From positions 12,772,001-12,836,000 of the forward strand of contig OZ210885.1 of the NCBI GenBank assembly GCA_964658305.1: a stretch of 64,000 bases of DNA, given 5' to 3'. How positions within the stretch are numbered: the stretch's first letter is position 1; the number at the start of each line of letters is the position of its first letter. The stretch comes from Leptogorgia sarmentosa. Its lineage: Eukaryota. A model generated the notes under the pieces. The model did not search any database. It was not told where the DNA came from and saw nothing but the letters and a program-made list of their open reading frames with translations. Shown here piece by piece: positions 37,051 to 51,000 of the stretch. A program made the position numbers and the translations under genes.

Positions 37051-37512
37051 ATTACGCGAACCACTGAGTATTTTCATGAAATACACTACAACGGTAACTC
37101 CGAATAACGTATAAGCATTTTGATTCAACGTTTCGACTTCATTTAGTCGTCTTCAGGATTAGGATTAGGATGTGATTTTTATCTAAGTTTGTTGGCCAAT
37201 GTTTTAGGGAATCCGTTGTGACGCGAAATTCCTGACTTGCTAAGTACATGATTATCGCAGTTCTGCACATGCGCAAATGATGTGCGTCATCCACGCTGGC
37301 TCATGAATTTCGCAACTGCTGAAGCTACAACAACGTAGTTCTGATTAGATATCAAATTACGTAGAGTATATATAACGCATGCACATGAAATATAACCATT
37401 CCTGAATCCTGATGATGACTAAATAAAGTCGAAACGTTGAATCAAAATGCTTACGTTATTCGGAGTTACCGTTGTTGTGTATTTCATGAAAATACTCAGT
37501 GTTTCCCGTAAT
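37051..37512. mobile_element. Penelope-like inverted pseudo-LTR pair with hammerhead-like cores
   Basis: About 110-bp inverted arms (37051-37165, 37400-37512); CTGATGA-T-GAC-n8-GTC-GAAACGTT at 37409(+) and CTGAAGA-C-GAC-n8-GTC-GAAACGTT on the minus strand of the left arm. Confidence 0.65.
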
Positions 37513-39067
37513 TATAAGTAGGCTATGTATACGCATATTTCAGGATGGACAGGATATGTAAAAAGAACAATGTTTTATTTATGTCTGAGCATAGACGATT
37601 GTCTATGATCTAAGTGACTTTTAAGCGCTTATTACATTAATATGGCACGGCTTGAATGACACAATTAACGACAGAGATATATTTAATCGTTGTCAGTTTA
37701 CAACTATCCATAATATGCTCGAAATACGGAACACACTGCGAGGCAACGAATATTTGGAGACAGCGTTGAGTGGTCAATACTTCCCATTCGTCTTACAAAT
37801 TGAATAAATCTGGCTTGCCTGATTGTTCAAAACTGGGTTACTCATACGCCCTGTTAACGTATCATTTCGCCCGGCGAGAGAGAGGGCCAGTGGCCTGTTG
37901 ACCCCCCCCCCCCCGCCAAATTTTGCAGAGCAACGGGAATGAAAATTGTGTGCCTCTCTAGGTAACGTCAGGGCCGCCCCCTAATATTCCATAAGAAAGG
38001 GGCCAGAATACCTTTTGCTGCCGAATAGTTATTTGATTTATCGTTATTGCAGCAAAATGTTCCAATTTATATGAGACCTCGATGATGGCATTTCTGACGA
38101 TCTAGAGACCTCAACTTCTCAATTTTCTCGCTTCGCGCCTCGTTAGCTTAAACTATCTGTTGTGTTATTTTAGCCCCCCTGAGCGCACCAACCTTTCCCC
38201 CACCACTTCAAATTTCGTTCATCCAGGCCTGATCATTTAGTCTCCATTTTATTTACTAGCCCACTCGTCGGGGAACATATCCCCTCCACCGGGGAGTTGC
38301 TGGCGCTACCCGTGAGCTTTACCGGTTATTCATAGGGCTGGAGGGGGGAGCGGGAGCTAAAGTGTGGGTTTAAACGATTGGTCCAAATCGACAGTTTGCT
38401 GTGGAAATGGAATTTGAATGCTCGGCATTTGTTCTGCTTAAATCGCAATATATTACCTACTTTTATTTGGTTATTATTTCATAAAACCTGGTGCTTGTAA
38501 TCCTATTTTCCCATCCGGCAGACAAAGGCATTCTGCATTACATATCATCCCGCACAGATTACTATCTTGTAAATCTGCTTTGGACTTTCCCTCTCACCCC
38601 ACGTCTTACCTACAAATTTCTGAATAATTACATATAATTGTCAAAGGCAGTGGATACTAGATTATGTCAACAAACAGCAAAAGTTCTACTAATTACCTAA
38701 AGGATAAACTAGGATTCGATGTTTTGTGCAACGGCCCTCGGGCATTTTAACACACACTAATTTTTTACTATTGGACTTTGCTTCAAGCATTAATTCTTAT
38801 TGCATTTGTTCAGCTAGTGGGCAGAACTTTAGCTGCCTGTTGATGTTGTTATTCGGTAGCTGTACCTATATAGCTACTGGCCACATGTTGAAGTTTGTTA
38901 CCAGATGATTCCATACAATTATTTTCAAAGAAACTTCTACTTTCACATTTTTGTAAAACACTCAAAATGTCAGAAAGTAATTATGTCTGTACTGTTTACA
39001 AAAGCTTTGTGCTTCGGTAGCTAAAATTGTAACACCATTATTCTTATGTTTACTTCATAGAACGATA

Positions 39068-42000
39068 ATGATATCAGAGGAAGAACAACATTGGGTTTTG
39101 GTTGGCATTGCCTTTACCAAAGTTCTTGCACCTGCATTGAGGAAAGTTGTCGCCACTGAACTTGGGAAATGGTATCATTCTTTATGCCAACCACCTGATG
39201 AAATTCACAAGCAAGATTTCGCAGCATACAAAAGGAAGAAATTACCCCCTTCCACCCATAACCTACAATATCAAAACATTAACAATAACATTATCCACAA
39301 GCCTACTAAATCAGCTTATGATTATGCTGTTAAAGATCCTGTCTCGTTGGCGAAACTATTCGTCACGGACTTTATGGCACATTTCACTGGATTTGATAAA
39401 ACCATGGATATGTCAGCACTTTTGACTATTATCGGCAAGGCAGACCCTTTTGTATCATCTGGTGCTGCAGCTGAAGCAAACAAAGTTCGGTCGGACATCA
39501 GAAACCCATGGGCTCATTGTAACATCTCTGAATGGACTGTACATATGTTCAATGCCTCGTTTCAAGGAATGGAATCTTTGGTCAAAATATTAAATTTACC
39601 AATAGCTGACGAAAAAATAATTTGTGATGAACTAGATTTCTGGAATAAAACAGGTACTGTATTATTAGCATTATTGCCGGAATTTCATCATGCCTTTAAA
39701 TATGTTTTGCGCAGATCATTTTTGATCTCCAGTAAGAAAACCCCCATGTGTTGAAAGAATTTCTCTTATTATTCATTTATTATTATTATTATCCAATTTT
39801 ATTCATATATTACCATATATACAATTCAATGCGATTCTCAATACGATCAATCGTTGAAATTATGTGGGGTCGAACAGGTAAAAAAAATTAAATTCTCCAA
39901 TAGTGTAGCTATACTTTGAAACTTTACATAGAAATCTAGTGTTGAATTGGTGACAGTAATTTATTTTTAGACCTTCATATAAGTGCAGAAGTTAAATGCC
40001 TTTAATTCTGTATACAACATGATATACAGTATAGTACAACTAATATATGCTGACATATGCATAAAATCAAAATTTTCACATGAATTAGACTTCGTAAATC
40101 GTACTAATTCCAGTTGGACATTTGTGTTCAAAACTTCAATCATTCAAAAGTCGGGAATGTTTAACGCAATTTTGCCAATTTTTTCATTTTAGTATTAGAC
40201 ACGCAAAATTGATAGACTTTTCTCGATAAGGATATAAATGCATGGGTAATACTAAAATATACAAAATTTGAAAACTTTACAGGGTCATATTTTTCGCATT
40301 TTAAAACATTTCTCAACCAGAGAACTTACTTACGTTTTACTAACTTTGTGATACTCTTTAACGCTGTTGCTCTGGATTGTACTATTTCGAAATTTTTAAA
40401 AATTGTCTACTATGCAAAAAATCTACCTTGCTCAAAACGTCCAACCTGTTTGCATTGTATAGGTAGCGGGTAGGACATGTGCTGCTTGCTGATGTTGTTA
40501 TCCCCTACCTACTACACTGGCCGCATATTGAAGTTTGCTAGTAACCACAGCAGACCATGCTTATCATATATATGGACAGCAGGGCATGCTTTTTCATGTA
40601 TCCTTCGTGCTACGCGCATTAGCAGCGATATATTTATAGTGTTTGTGATACTCAAGATAAATTTTCTTCATTATTTCCAGACATTCTTGTTGACGGTCGT
40701 CACGCAAAACTAATTGCAGAAAGTGTAGCTGAACTTTGCCGTTGTATCAAAAACTACGATTTGGACGCCACAAAGGTTTGAGGAACTTTTGATGTTTCAT
40801 TTAACAGTCGTTGAATAAGAAGGACGACGCTGTTCAAATTAATATAAGACATGTTTCAAATGCGAGCCAATGCAAATTTTCAGCGTGGGAACGCAATCTG
40901 TGCTTTTTTTCGATAATGCTGTTTTGAGTTTTGCTTTACCCGTTACACGTTACAAGGCAAACATGTGCATACTTTTTTGGGGACACGTTTGCAATAGAAT
41001 ACTTAGAACGAAGTGTGTACTGATAAATAAAACACACTACATATCAATTACTGATAAATACTAATATGTATATCCCATTAAGCAAAACAACTGAGCCATT
41101 CTCATAGGCAAGAGATAAACCTAAATTTTGATAGATAACAATTACTTTTCCTTGCAAAATTGCTATTCCAACGTTGAACTACAAATTTCTGAAAAGTTTT
41201 GAAACTAGGAAACTTGCATATCAAATTTCAATAGGCCTTGTGTATAATGTCGTCACAAGAATTTTAGCTCGTATTCGACTTTACATCTGTGTCGACCAAA
41301 CATTGGAATATTTCGTCCTCACAGTGAGGTAAAAATTATTTGATGGCAATTCGAAAATTTTGAGAAAAAAGGGCCAATTCATAAGATAGGAAAAAATAGG
41401 TACGCACAACTCACATGCGGGTAGCCCGTAAAAGATCGGCCAAGCAATTTCCCTTTCTCTAAAATCCCAACCATTAAAGTCAGGAAAATATTGATAAAGC
41501 TCAGACGGTTAAGCACACGGGGGAGCGTCGCTGTTCAAACAAACCAAGTCCACAGAGTTTCTGTCATCTCTCTTCAGCTAGCCACAATGCGTAGTTTCTG
41601 TCCCGAGGATTCTTGACTTGCTCAGTAATTGCCTTCAAGTTCTCCTTCAGTAATTCTATTTAATTTTGGAATTAACTGTTTATGCGACTGGCTTCTGTTT
41701 CGCATCTTTGCTGGGCGAGAGGTGGATATAACTCCATCGTTTATCGATTATGAGTTTTATTTTCAGTTTGGCAGAGCACTCCAAGTATAGAACGACTGTC
41801 TTTAAACTTCAGGACATCAGACCGCAGTTGATTCTTTTCAGTGTTGGAGCTTAGTTCACCCCACGCTAGTTACTCTTCGTCACCTTTTTTTCATTCAAGA
41901 ACTAACAATTTTACTTTACTCATCTCGCCTAAGATTCATTGTTTTCAGTCACCTCGATACACGCTCTCAATTCCAACTAATTCTTCTCGAATCCTTGTGG

Positions 42001-45000
42001 CCCTGCCCTCTTTACTTGTCAGGTCGTCCTCGGCTCATATATATTGTCTCATCTTAATCTCTAATCTAATATACATGAAAAAATTTCTCGATTCTGATTG
42101 GCTGAGAGCAGTGCAATTTTAAGGAAATACAGAGCCAAAAAAGTAAATTCATGTTAATGTCCTATGATTGGCTGAGATTACAAAGCTATCCAATCAGATT
42201 AAGCCATTTCTGGCGAACAATAACAAAATATGAAATTATTCGAGGATGAAAAAATAGATGCCTCTTTGGGTAGATTTTTTTGGCAACAGACAAATGATAG
42301 AGGGGCTTAAAAATAGTTCGAAAAATGAAAATACCACCAAAGATATCTATTCCTGTGGTTGATTGTGCGGATAAAGTGTTGCATTGAAAAGGAAATACAG
42401 CGCGAGTACAAAATATTCCGCAGCAGGTGTTAGATTATATATTTTGCTCGATTGTTTTTATGCTGAACGAAAACTGTGAATTAAAAAAGAAACGGCGATG
42501 AATATGAACCAGACACTTAAAAGTGATATTAACAGCAGTCGATGTTGACAACCTTTTTATAATACAAGACAGAGATTTCTCTTCGTACAAGCAAGTGCTC
42601 GGTGGAGAAGCAAAACATCTCCGTATATTAGCGGCCGAACAAAGCGAGACAAGTAAAATCTACTTAAATTCTCATGCTATTTGGAAAAACATACACTCGT
42701 GAGTTTGTCAAAGACTTCAAATTACACTCGTCCTTTGGACTCGTGCAATTTTGAATGCCTGTGAAAAACTTACTCGTGCATGTTTTTTCCAAATTGCACT
42801 CGAAACCATACAATTACCTATACTAATAACGTCAAATTATAACTATTATTACATCACACACCTTAAGCCGCTTTGTGAAGTTGAGAGTGATGTCAATTTT
42901 TTTCAGCCCGTAAATTGAATATTACTAAATCAATTTTATCTATTCAGATAAATCCAGTGATGGAGAAACTCGATAACATACAATCCACACTGCTTCGCAA
43001 AATTAAAGAGGTTGAAAGTTCTGCAGCTGAGAACTCAGAAAAACTTGGACATCATTCAATGGAGCTTAAACGTCTGGCGGAGAAAACAGATGAAATCGAA
43101 TGTCGTCAGAAAAAGCCGAGGACGGAGCATTCAGATTTTGCAGAGAAAAAAGGTAGTGTTTCAATTAACTAGGAAAGATGGGAAACTATTTATGCAGAAT
43201 ATATTATGCAGGAAAATTTACCGAGTATCAGGCAGCCATTCAATTTTCGAAATTTGTCCCCCACGAACCTTCCCGAACGTTCTGTTTCTAAGAATTTCTT
43301 GTAGGAAAATATCTCGTTAGAGTAAACGGCAACAGGAATACAACATGTCTTCTAACACTTCCCAGATTTAGTGGGAATCCGAAAGCATTGGCAGTGCAGT
43401 ACGCGCTGTCGCACTCATCATCACTAAAAATGAATTTTAATGTTGTGCGGGTTAACTGCGTAGGTCACAACCAAATAAAAAACGCTCGTGAAAAGTTGAC
43501 GCGGCTCAATTGCGACAAGAATGCTTAAATGTTGCTGATAGTAGTTAAATGCTCCTTCTTTTGATTTATGTCCTAAAATACCTCATTATCATTTTGATTT
43601 ATAATATTGACTTTAATTCAGTAACAAACATACTAAATACACGAGAACGGGGCTGGATCCAATGCACGGTGTCAGCCTGACTAAAAATATACAAACTACT
43701 AGGGTAACTATTATCAGTTATTGACCTGGATCGAGGGGTATTTCACAAAAAATTACCCCGAGGAATGAAATTCTTTCCGAGGGCGCAGCCCGAGGAAAAT
43801 TTCATTCCGAGGCGTAATTTTTTGTGAAATACCCCGAGTGAAAGGTCGATAAATGATATATTATACCGAAAATTTGATTTAAGTAAAGTTTCATTTCATT
43901 TCCAACGTTGTTGTCGGCCATGTTGCCCTACAGCATCCGCCATCTTTAATTTATGCGAGCAATAACGAGCGGGAAATTCGAGCGGGGTATTTCAAAGTCG
44001 AATACCATGCCCCGGAGAAAAATCTAGGGTATAAAGTTCCCATTGCATGGTATTCGCTAAAAAATTTTATGGACACGTGGTACAAATGTAAGCTTTTGAT
44101 TGGACAATGTAACAGTGAGGTATAATATTTATAATAATTATATACAAGCATTTAAATACATAAAATTAGAATGACAAGGAGACGTCCTATCTAAAGAATA
44201 TCTTAATAAGTACAGGGTAAATCGGGATCGAATGTTGTTGTGAAAAGTTCCGGATAAGTTTTGTACAAGATTTTTGTGTACAAGTTCCAACCTGCAAAAG
44301 GTTAATAGAACAGAAAAAGCGTAATTGTATCGTACGTTTTATTCCATTGCACTCTTATGTTAATTTTCATCTATATCTTTGTGGCATGCAAGCATTTTAT
44401 TCTATATTCAATGGCTACTTTCTATGTGCAAGCCCTGCGGAATGTGCAGTTCATATTTCTTCCCCCCCTCTGGAATAGTTTGTGACAACAAGTTTAATAA
44501 ATTCATGATAACATGCTTCAACAATCATGTACCTACAGTTTAGGTATAACGGATAACAACATCAATAAACAGCAAAAGCTCTGCTCACTATCAAAGAATA
44601 ACGCACAGATTTCATATTTCCAACAAACACTTGCATAGATGCGAATGCACCACAATGCAGTAGTTTTTAATTTCAACACGGCGGAAAATAATGAGATTCA
44701 CGGCATTTTATAAAGTCAGCAAATCAAAATATATTTCTAATCACCTGAGCAATTAACATGCAATGCCTTTTAAAATATGGACAATGGCACGAGATAGCGT
44801 AACTAAAATGATACGTTAATACAGGATGTATCAAAAGACAATTTTTAAATCGCTCTCAACTTCGTTAAGCGGCTTAAGGTAAAAAGTTTTTGGTTACTCA
44901 CACATTGCTTGGGTACTTATAATGTAGAAAAAACAAAAACAAATTAAATTCGAATTTGGAAAAAAAACAAGGGGGTCTTTTCCAACAGACTAGAATTGCT

Positions 45001-48000
45001 TTTTATAAAAATCAATTCTTACACCTTAATGTTGCCACTTTGGGGCAACCCACTTCATGAGATCGGTCAACAATTTCCTGTAGTTCTTCAAGATTTGAAA
45101 TGTCCGAAGTATGTGTTACTACCTCGCATTCAGATTTAGCACTATCATGCTCTATGACTTTTCCATCAGCTCCGGACATGATTTGTTCGCCATGCAACAA
45201 TTTGTCTTTTCTCAAAGAGCCAGGTTCAAAGCTTATGTTATTCATCGGATTGACCTCGTTCATTTAGTAAATATCAACAAACAGTTCTTTTAAGTTATCT
45301 GCCACATTAGTTTTGAAGGTCAGCATGATTCCATGTGAGAATAGGTCAGATTTGGATTTCAGAAATTTCTTATATTTGCCACCTGATGAAATGAGAAAAA
45401 GTCTCCTTATTTTTGCACGGGATCAATCGCGTGTAAAAATTGTTCAGATTAACTACTTGTCCCCCATTCCCCCCTGAAACAATCTTGGAACAACGATATC
45501 ACGCCATCTGGTTTGCTCAAAAAGATCCGTCGAGGCAGAATTGTTAAAGGGGGAATGGGGGAAATCAGTGGCGTAACGCAACCTCTGGGGGCCCTCCGAC
45601 AGTCGACCACTTTGGGGCTCCCTTTGCTCCACTAATTAATAGGCTGAATTTACCACTTATGTCTACACAACGGCAAACCTCACTACAAACCGTTAATTCA
45701 GCGGTACTAATATGAAATGCGCAAAGTGCGCAATACTTTATTTTATCGGCGTCGGAAGGCGTATGAGAACTTAGACTTTTCACTTAGACTTTGCAGGCTG
45801 CGTAGTATTTTTGTTTTTTGCAACATGATAACATAATCACATTAATAAGCAACTCCACTGGCACCTGCCTATCTGTCTGTTTTTCGTATTTGAATTCCCC
45901 AGAAATGTGCTGTCAATTTTTTATGTTCATTTGGTCGGGGGCCCCTAAAGTTCGGGGGCCCCCTGTCACTGGACACCATGACACCCCTCCGTTACGCCAC
46001 TGGGGGGAATGTTAAAACTAATTGAAGAAGATCTGGTTAAATTCATGTGTGAATATGAGAAAAATGTTTGAAGTAGCTAAAGTCTCATTTTGGCACGGGA
46101 TTGTAGATATTATACATATTCCGTCTATTTTGTATTGTAGTTGCATATGGATTACGCAATCTACCTCGTGACATGGTGGAAAGACCATCAGAAGTGAACG
46201 ACATATTGAAACTACTTACACAAGGAAATAATCGAGTTGGTGTGGTCGGGAATCGTAGCGGCGACGTCGTTGGTATCCGTGGTATGGGGGGTCTGGGTAA
46301 GACCATCTTAGCTCTGGCTGTCGCTTGGTCTGCCAAAGAATCTCGTCAGGTAATATGGCTTGATGTTGGAGAAACTCCTGACTGCTTATCACTCATTAAC
46401 CTGCTTATAAAAGTTCTTGGTGGCGAAGCCTCGTTCACTGACATCCGGGCAGCGCAATCCTGGGTCTCAGCAAACACGGTATGTGTGAATTATTTGAACT
46501 TATTGATGCGTTATTACACAAAATTGTTGTCAAAAGTTACTGGTGATGCAAATAGCGCGTTATATAAACTTCCACTGACTCCGCCATAAGAGGAAAACAG
46601 AGAAAACGTGATTAGCGTGATGAGATGGATATCAGGTTTTTTCGTTGCAAAGCAACGAACACACATGTAAGCTTTTCACCACTTACAGTATGCCTATGAC
46701 AAAGACGAGGATACACTAGGTGAGGGTCGCCCTTTTAATCAGTGCCATACATAGCCCGATAATGCGCGGGGATCATATTCATGTATATTCGTATTCTTAA
46801 TGACTTTTTCGAAATCTAGTGTCTTTGAACTTTGTAAACGCGGATATATGAATGTGCCTTCTCCAATTACCGATTTAGCTACCCATCTATTGATAATTCT
46901 GAAGCAGTGGCAACGTTGCTTCCGCTTAGACCCAGTTAATTTTACCCATGCGACAAGAAACTCGAAAAGCATCAGCACAGCGACAGTATGTAAAGCAGTT
47001 TTGTATGTATTGCAGAGTGACAAAGATTGCTTGGTGATTCTTGATGATGTTTGGAGTGTAAACCACGCTTCTGTATTTGATCATCTCTCTGGGAAATGCC
47101 AATTATTGATAACTACTAGGAACTCTGAAGTTGTCCGCGGTTTACAAGGTTCTGCTTTGTATAAACTCAAATTTTTAGAACGGACAGGATCTTGCAAGCT
47201 CTTGTATCAAAGCGCCCAAGTCACCGAGGACGAGCAGTCTGAGTTTAGCTCAAACATGCAGCGAATTATAGAGGAAATGTTAAACCATTGTGGCGATCTA
47301 CCGCTAGCTCTGTCCCTAGTGGGTTCAAGTTTAGCCGACACTCGCGACGAACAAGACTGGGAAGACGTTTTAAATGACCTCAAAAAAGCAGACTTGGTAA
47401 AATTACGTTCAATATATCCCGCCAACGCTTATCCTTATGACAACGTCTTAACAGCCATTAACGCCAGCTTTCAACATTTGGACGAAGAAATACGAGAAAA
47501 GTTTCTAGATTTCGCTTTATTTCCAGAAGATACGGATGTACCGTCAGACATTCTTGAGCTGTTTTGGTCTTCTAATGTAGCCGGGAGAACTTCTTGTGAA
47601 GATCGTGAAGCAAGGGGTATACTTGATGAGCTCGAAAAGAAGTCGATGATACAAAAAGGTAAATGAAGGCAGGGTGCGGGATAATAGACAAAAATCTTCG
47701 CCACAGTTGGAAATAGCGTGCAAAAATACTATAACTGCAAAGTTTAAAGAAGAAATATCATAAAATGGGAATATCAATGACACAATTCATTTTGTGTACT
47801 ATTGTATCAGTGCAAACTAACTTATATCCATTTCAGACGATAATGGGTATTAAATTACTTCTGCGTTATAAATAGTTTGTAAATTGTGCGAAATTTGCAT
47901 GGGCACAATTTCCCCATTTTCATGATTTTTATTCTTCAAACTTTGCATACATAGTATTTTCAGCACGCTGTTTCCAACTATGATGATAGCTTTGTGCTTG

Positions 48001-51000
48001 TTGTCTTATTTTTAAACTTTTCAAACCATAATCAAATGAAATTCACGAAATTGAAACATTTTTTTTACTACAGCTCCTTTGCCAAACCTTTATATAATTA
48101 ACTGTCAACAAGTTGTTAGGCTGAACATTTAATCAAACCAATGTCAAACAAGTTTGAGAAAAATAAATTTTCAGCTATAATCGTAATTACGTTCGCAATA
48201 TTAATTCCGTATGTCGGCAATCCAAATTTGCCCGCTCATTTGCTCAATATTTTCAGTGTTTTCCACTGACATTCCTAGATGAGAAACCAATCGAATTGAA
48301 GGGGAAATACTTCCATCTCCGTGGGGTATGCTAAATCCGAAAAATTATTGTACTATAGCCCGCCTGCGGCCCGAGACTGCTGTACTGTCCTGTAACAAAG
48401 AATACTCAAAAAGTGAATGGTCTAACGATAATTTTCAGGATCTGGTATCCATGGAAAGAAGAGCTACCGTCTCCACGATCTCCTTTTGGGTTTTGCACGT
48501 GCAAAACTAGGAGGCAAACTAAGTTCTGTCCAAAGATTGTTCGTGAAGGCACTTCGTGGTCATTGCGAGAACGGTGATTGGGGAAAATTTGAAGGCAACA
48601 AGGATTATTATTTCAAGTACCTGACCTACCACCTCTACTCCTCCAAACAATTTGATGAACTACATAAACTGTTCTTCAATTTTAACTGGCTTTATGAAAA
48701 GGTGAATCGATTCGATCTCCCCTCCTTAATATCAGATTTTCGTTTTCTGGACCCTCCCTCGAAAGAAATCGAACTGCTCAAGTCGTCGTTGATGCGGTCT
48801 TCCGCGGTTATCGAGGAGAATTTGCATTCTATTGCTCCACAGTTGTTAGGTAATTACTTTATTTTTTTACTAAATTTTGTTTCACTGCCTAAACGATACG
48901 ATAAGAGTCCACATTTCTGGCGAAGGCTTTCGAAAACTGGTGTATCAAATCCATCGGTTTTTACTTGGTTTCCATATATTCACTAACATAATGGTTATAT
49001 TCACTAATATAAAAACCCTTGTATTTTCCACCGATTCCACTACTAATTAACGATTAAGGGCCTTTGCTTGGTACGTCGAAACGGCTCCCAGCACTGCCCA
49101 AGTACGCTTGCATGTAGATGAATGGCAATTGTTTTGGGTTGTTACCACACTATATAACGCGAAGTATTACCTTATGAATGTTATGCCTATCTTTATAAAT
49201 ACTTCGTTAGGCAAGCTATCCGAAAACAAATATTCTCTATTGTTAACCAGATAGTTCGTGTGTATACGCGGTTCTTACATATGATGCGTCTCCATGGGTA
49301 ATACACGCCCATGATTCACACAAAGTATGCATGCGATCAGTCAATTTTAACAGTCACTGTCATTCACCCACACCTATATTATTGGAGATTGGAATCAAAT
49401 TCAGTTGGACATTAAATATAATCAATAATATGACGAATTTACAGAGTAGCTGACGGAGTAACGTTCTGTTGTATTGGAGTAAAGTATTTTGTAAAGTAGT
49501 TGTTAAGCATGAGATCGGTGCTTTGAGAATTCACAGAATAATTGTGTATACATCGATCACTATGTGCTTTTGCTTTTCAAAATGAAGGTCTACATTTAGT
49601 TTTGAGTTGATAACATTGTCATGGATATTGGCTTTCATGTTCATTATATTTTATGAATCGCGCACTACTTTTTTACAACCATTACATGCTAAAGAAATAC
49701 AATATCACACTACAAACATTGTAGGGATTATGTAAGGATCAAGACTCTTCACTGCGTGCCGTATTGAAAAAGCATTTAAAATTGAACTTCGACTGCTCGC
49801 GTGGCAATGTGATTTAGCAATGTAATTACTTAGTTACAACCCCCGGTGTATTATTTATTTCGTTAAACGCATTTCAATTAATTCGAGTGTTCCGTTGTTC
49901 CGGTGTTCCGTATTTTAGTGTTCCGGTGTTCCGTGTTCCGGTGCTCCGGCGTTTCGGTGTTCCTGGTTTTACTAATAGCCAGGATTCGGAATTTTACGCG
50001 GATTACCTCCATACTTTGAAAGGTGTAAAAAAGATGTATTTGCCATGATTCGTGAGCTTGGTAATCCTATACGTGGTTCTGTTCATATTCAGCAGCTGAA
50101 ACACAGTGGATTCATTTGACTAAAATTCTTGGTCGTCTTATAGACAATAAAGATTCTACTAACGGCGAAATTAAACAAATGACATGGCAGAAGAAATCTG
50201 ATCTTATGATACAGAAAGATCCAGTCACATATGCAAGAAATTTTTGACATATGGTACAATTATTTATTCACAACTTTATTAAAAGCTCAAGTCATCCAGT
50301 TGGAGAAGTTGTTGACTTCTTCTATCGCGTTGAATTTCCGGAAAGAGGTTCTCCACATATCCACGGCTTATTCTACATAAATAATGCTCCTGAGTATGGT
50401 AAAGATAGTGATGAAGATATTGCTGCATGAGTTTGTCCATAGTTATGTTTCATGCAAAGCTGACTCAGATGATTTAACTGATCTCTAAAATTTACATTGG
50501 CATAAACACTCGAAAACGTGTAAGAAGAGAGGTCAGGTTGTTTGCAGATTTAATTCTCCGTTACCACGAATGCCAGAAACCATGATTTAGAGCCTTTATC
50601 TGAGACTAATCTTGACGAAAATGTCGCAGCTATATTAAAGAAAGCTTTAGAACGAATACCTGAGTTATTATGTAGACTCCATCAAGGCAGATGAAACCAT
50701 GACATTAATTTAAAGCTAATAAGTCAATCGGAACAGCAGTATATAAAAGCTATAAGGCTACCTGTTATGCAGTATTTCATCTGTACTTCAACTATCAACT
50801 GTCAGCCACCGATGATCAGATAAGAGTACTATAGAACGATCGTAAATATCTGTGATCTCAACTTCCCGAAAATGAAACTATTTACAATGAAAACTTCCAA
50901 GATTTTTTGAAGACACGTACAAAGAAGGATTATTCCTCCCAGAGCTGAAGTCGATATTTATGGACTTTATGCATCACCGCACATGTTGCATATCCATTAT

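Noticed and set aside
8498..39653. Functional link between the HEPN-like gene and the nearby tRNA cluster
   Set aside because: Separated by about 14 kb including a transposon; proximity in a eukaryote is not evidence.
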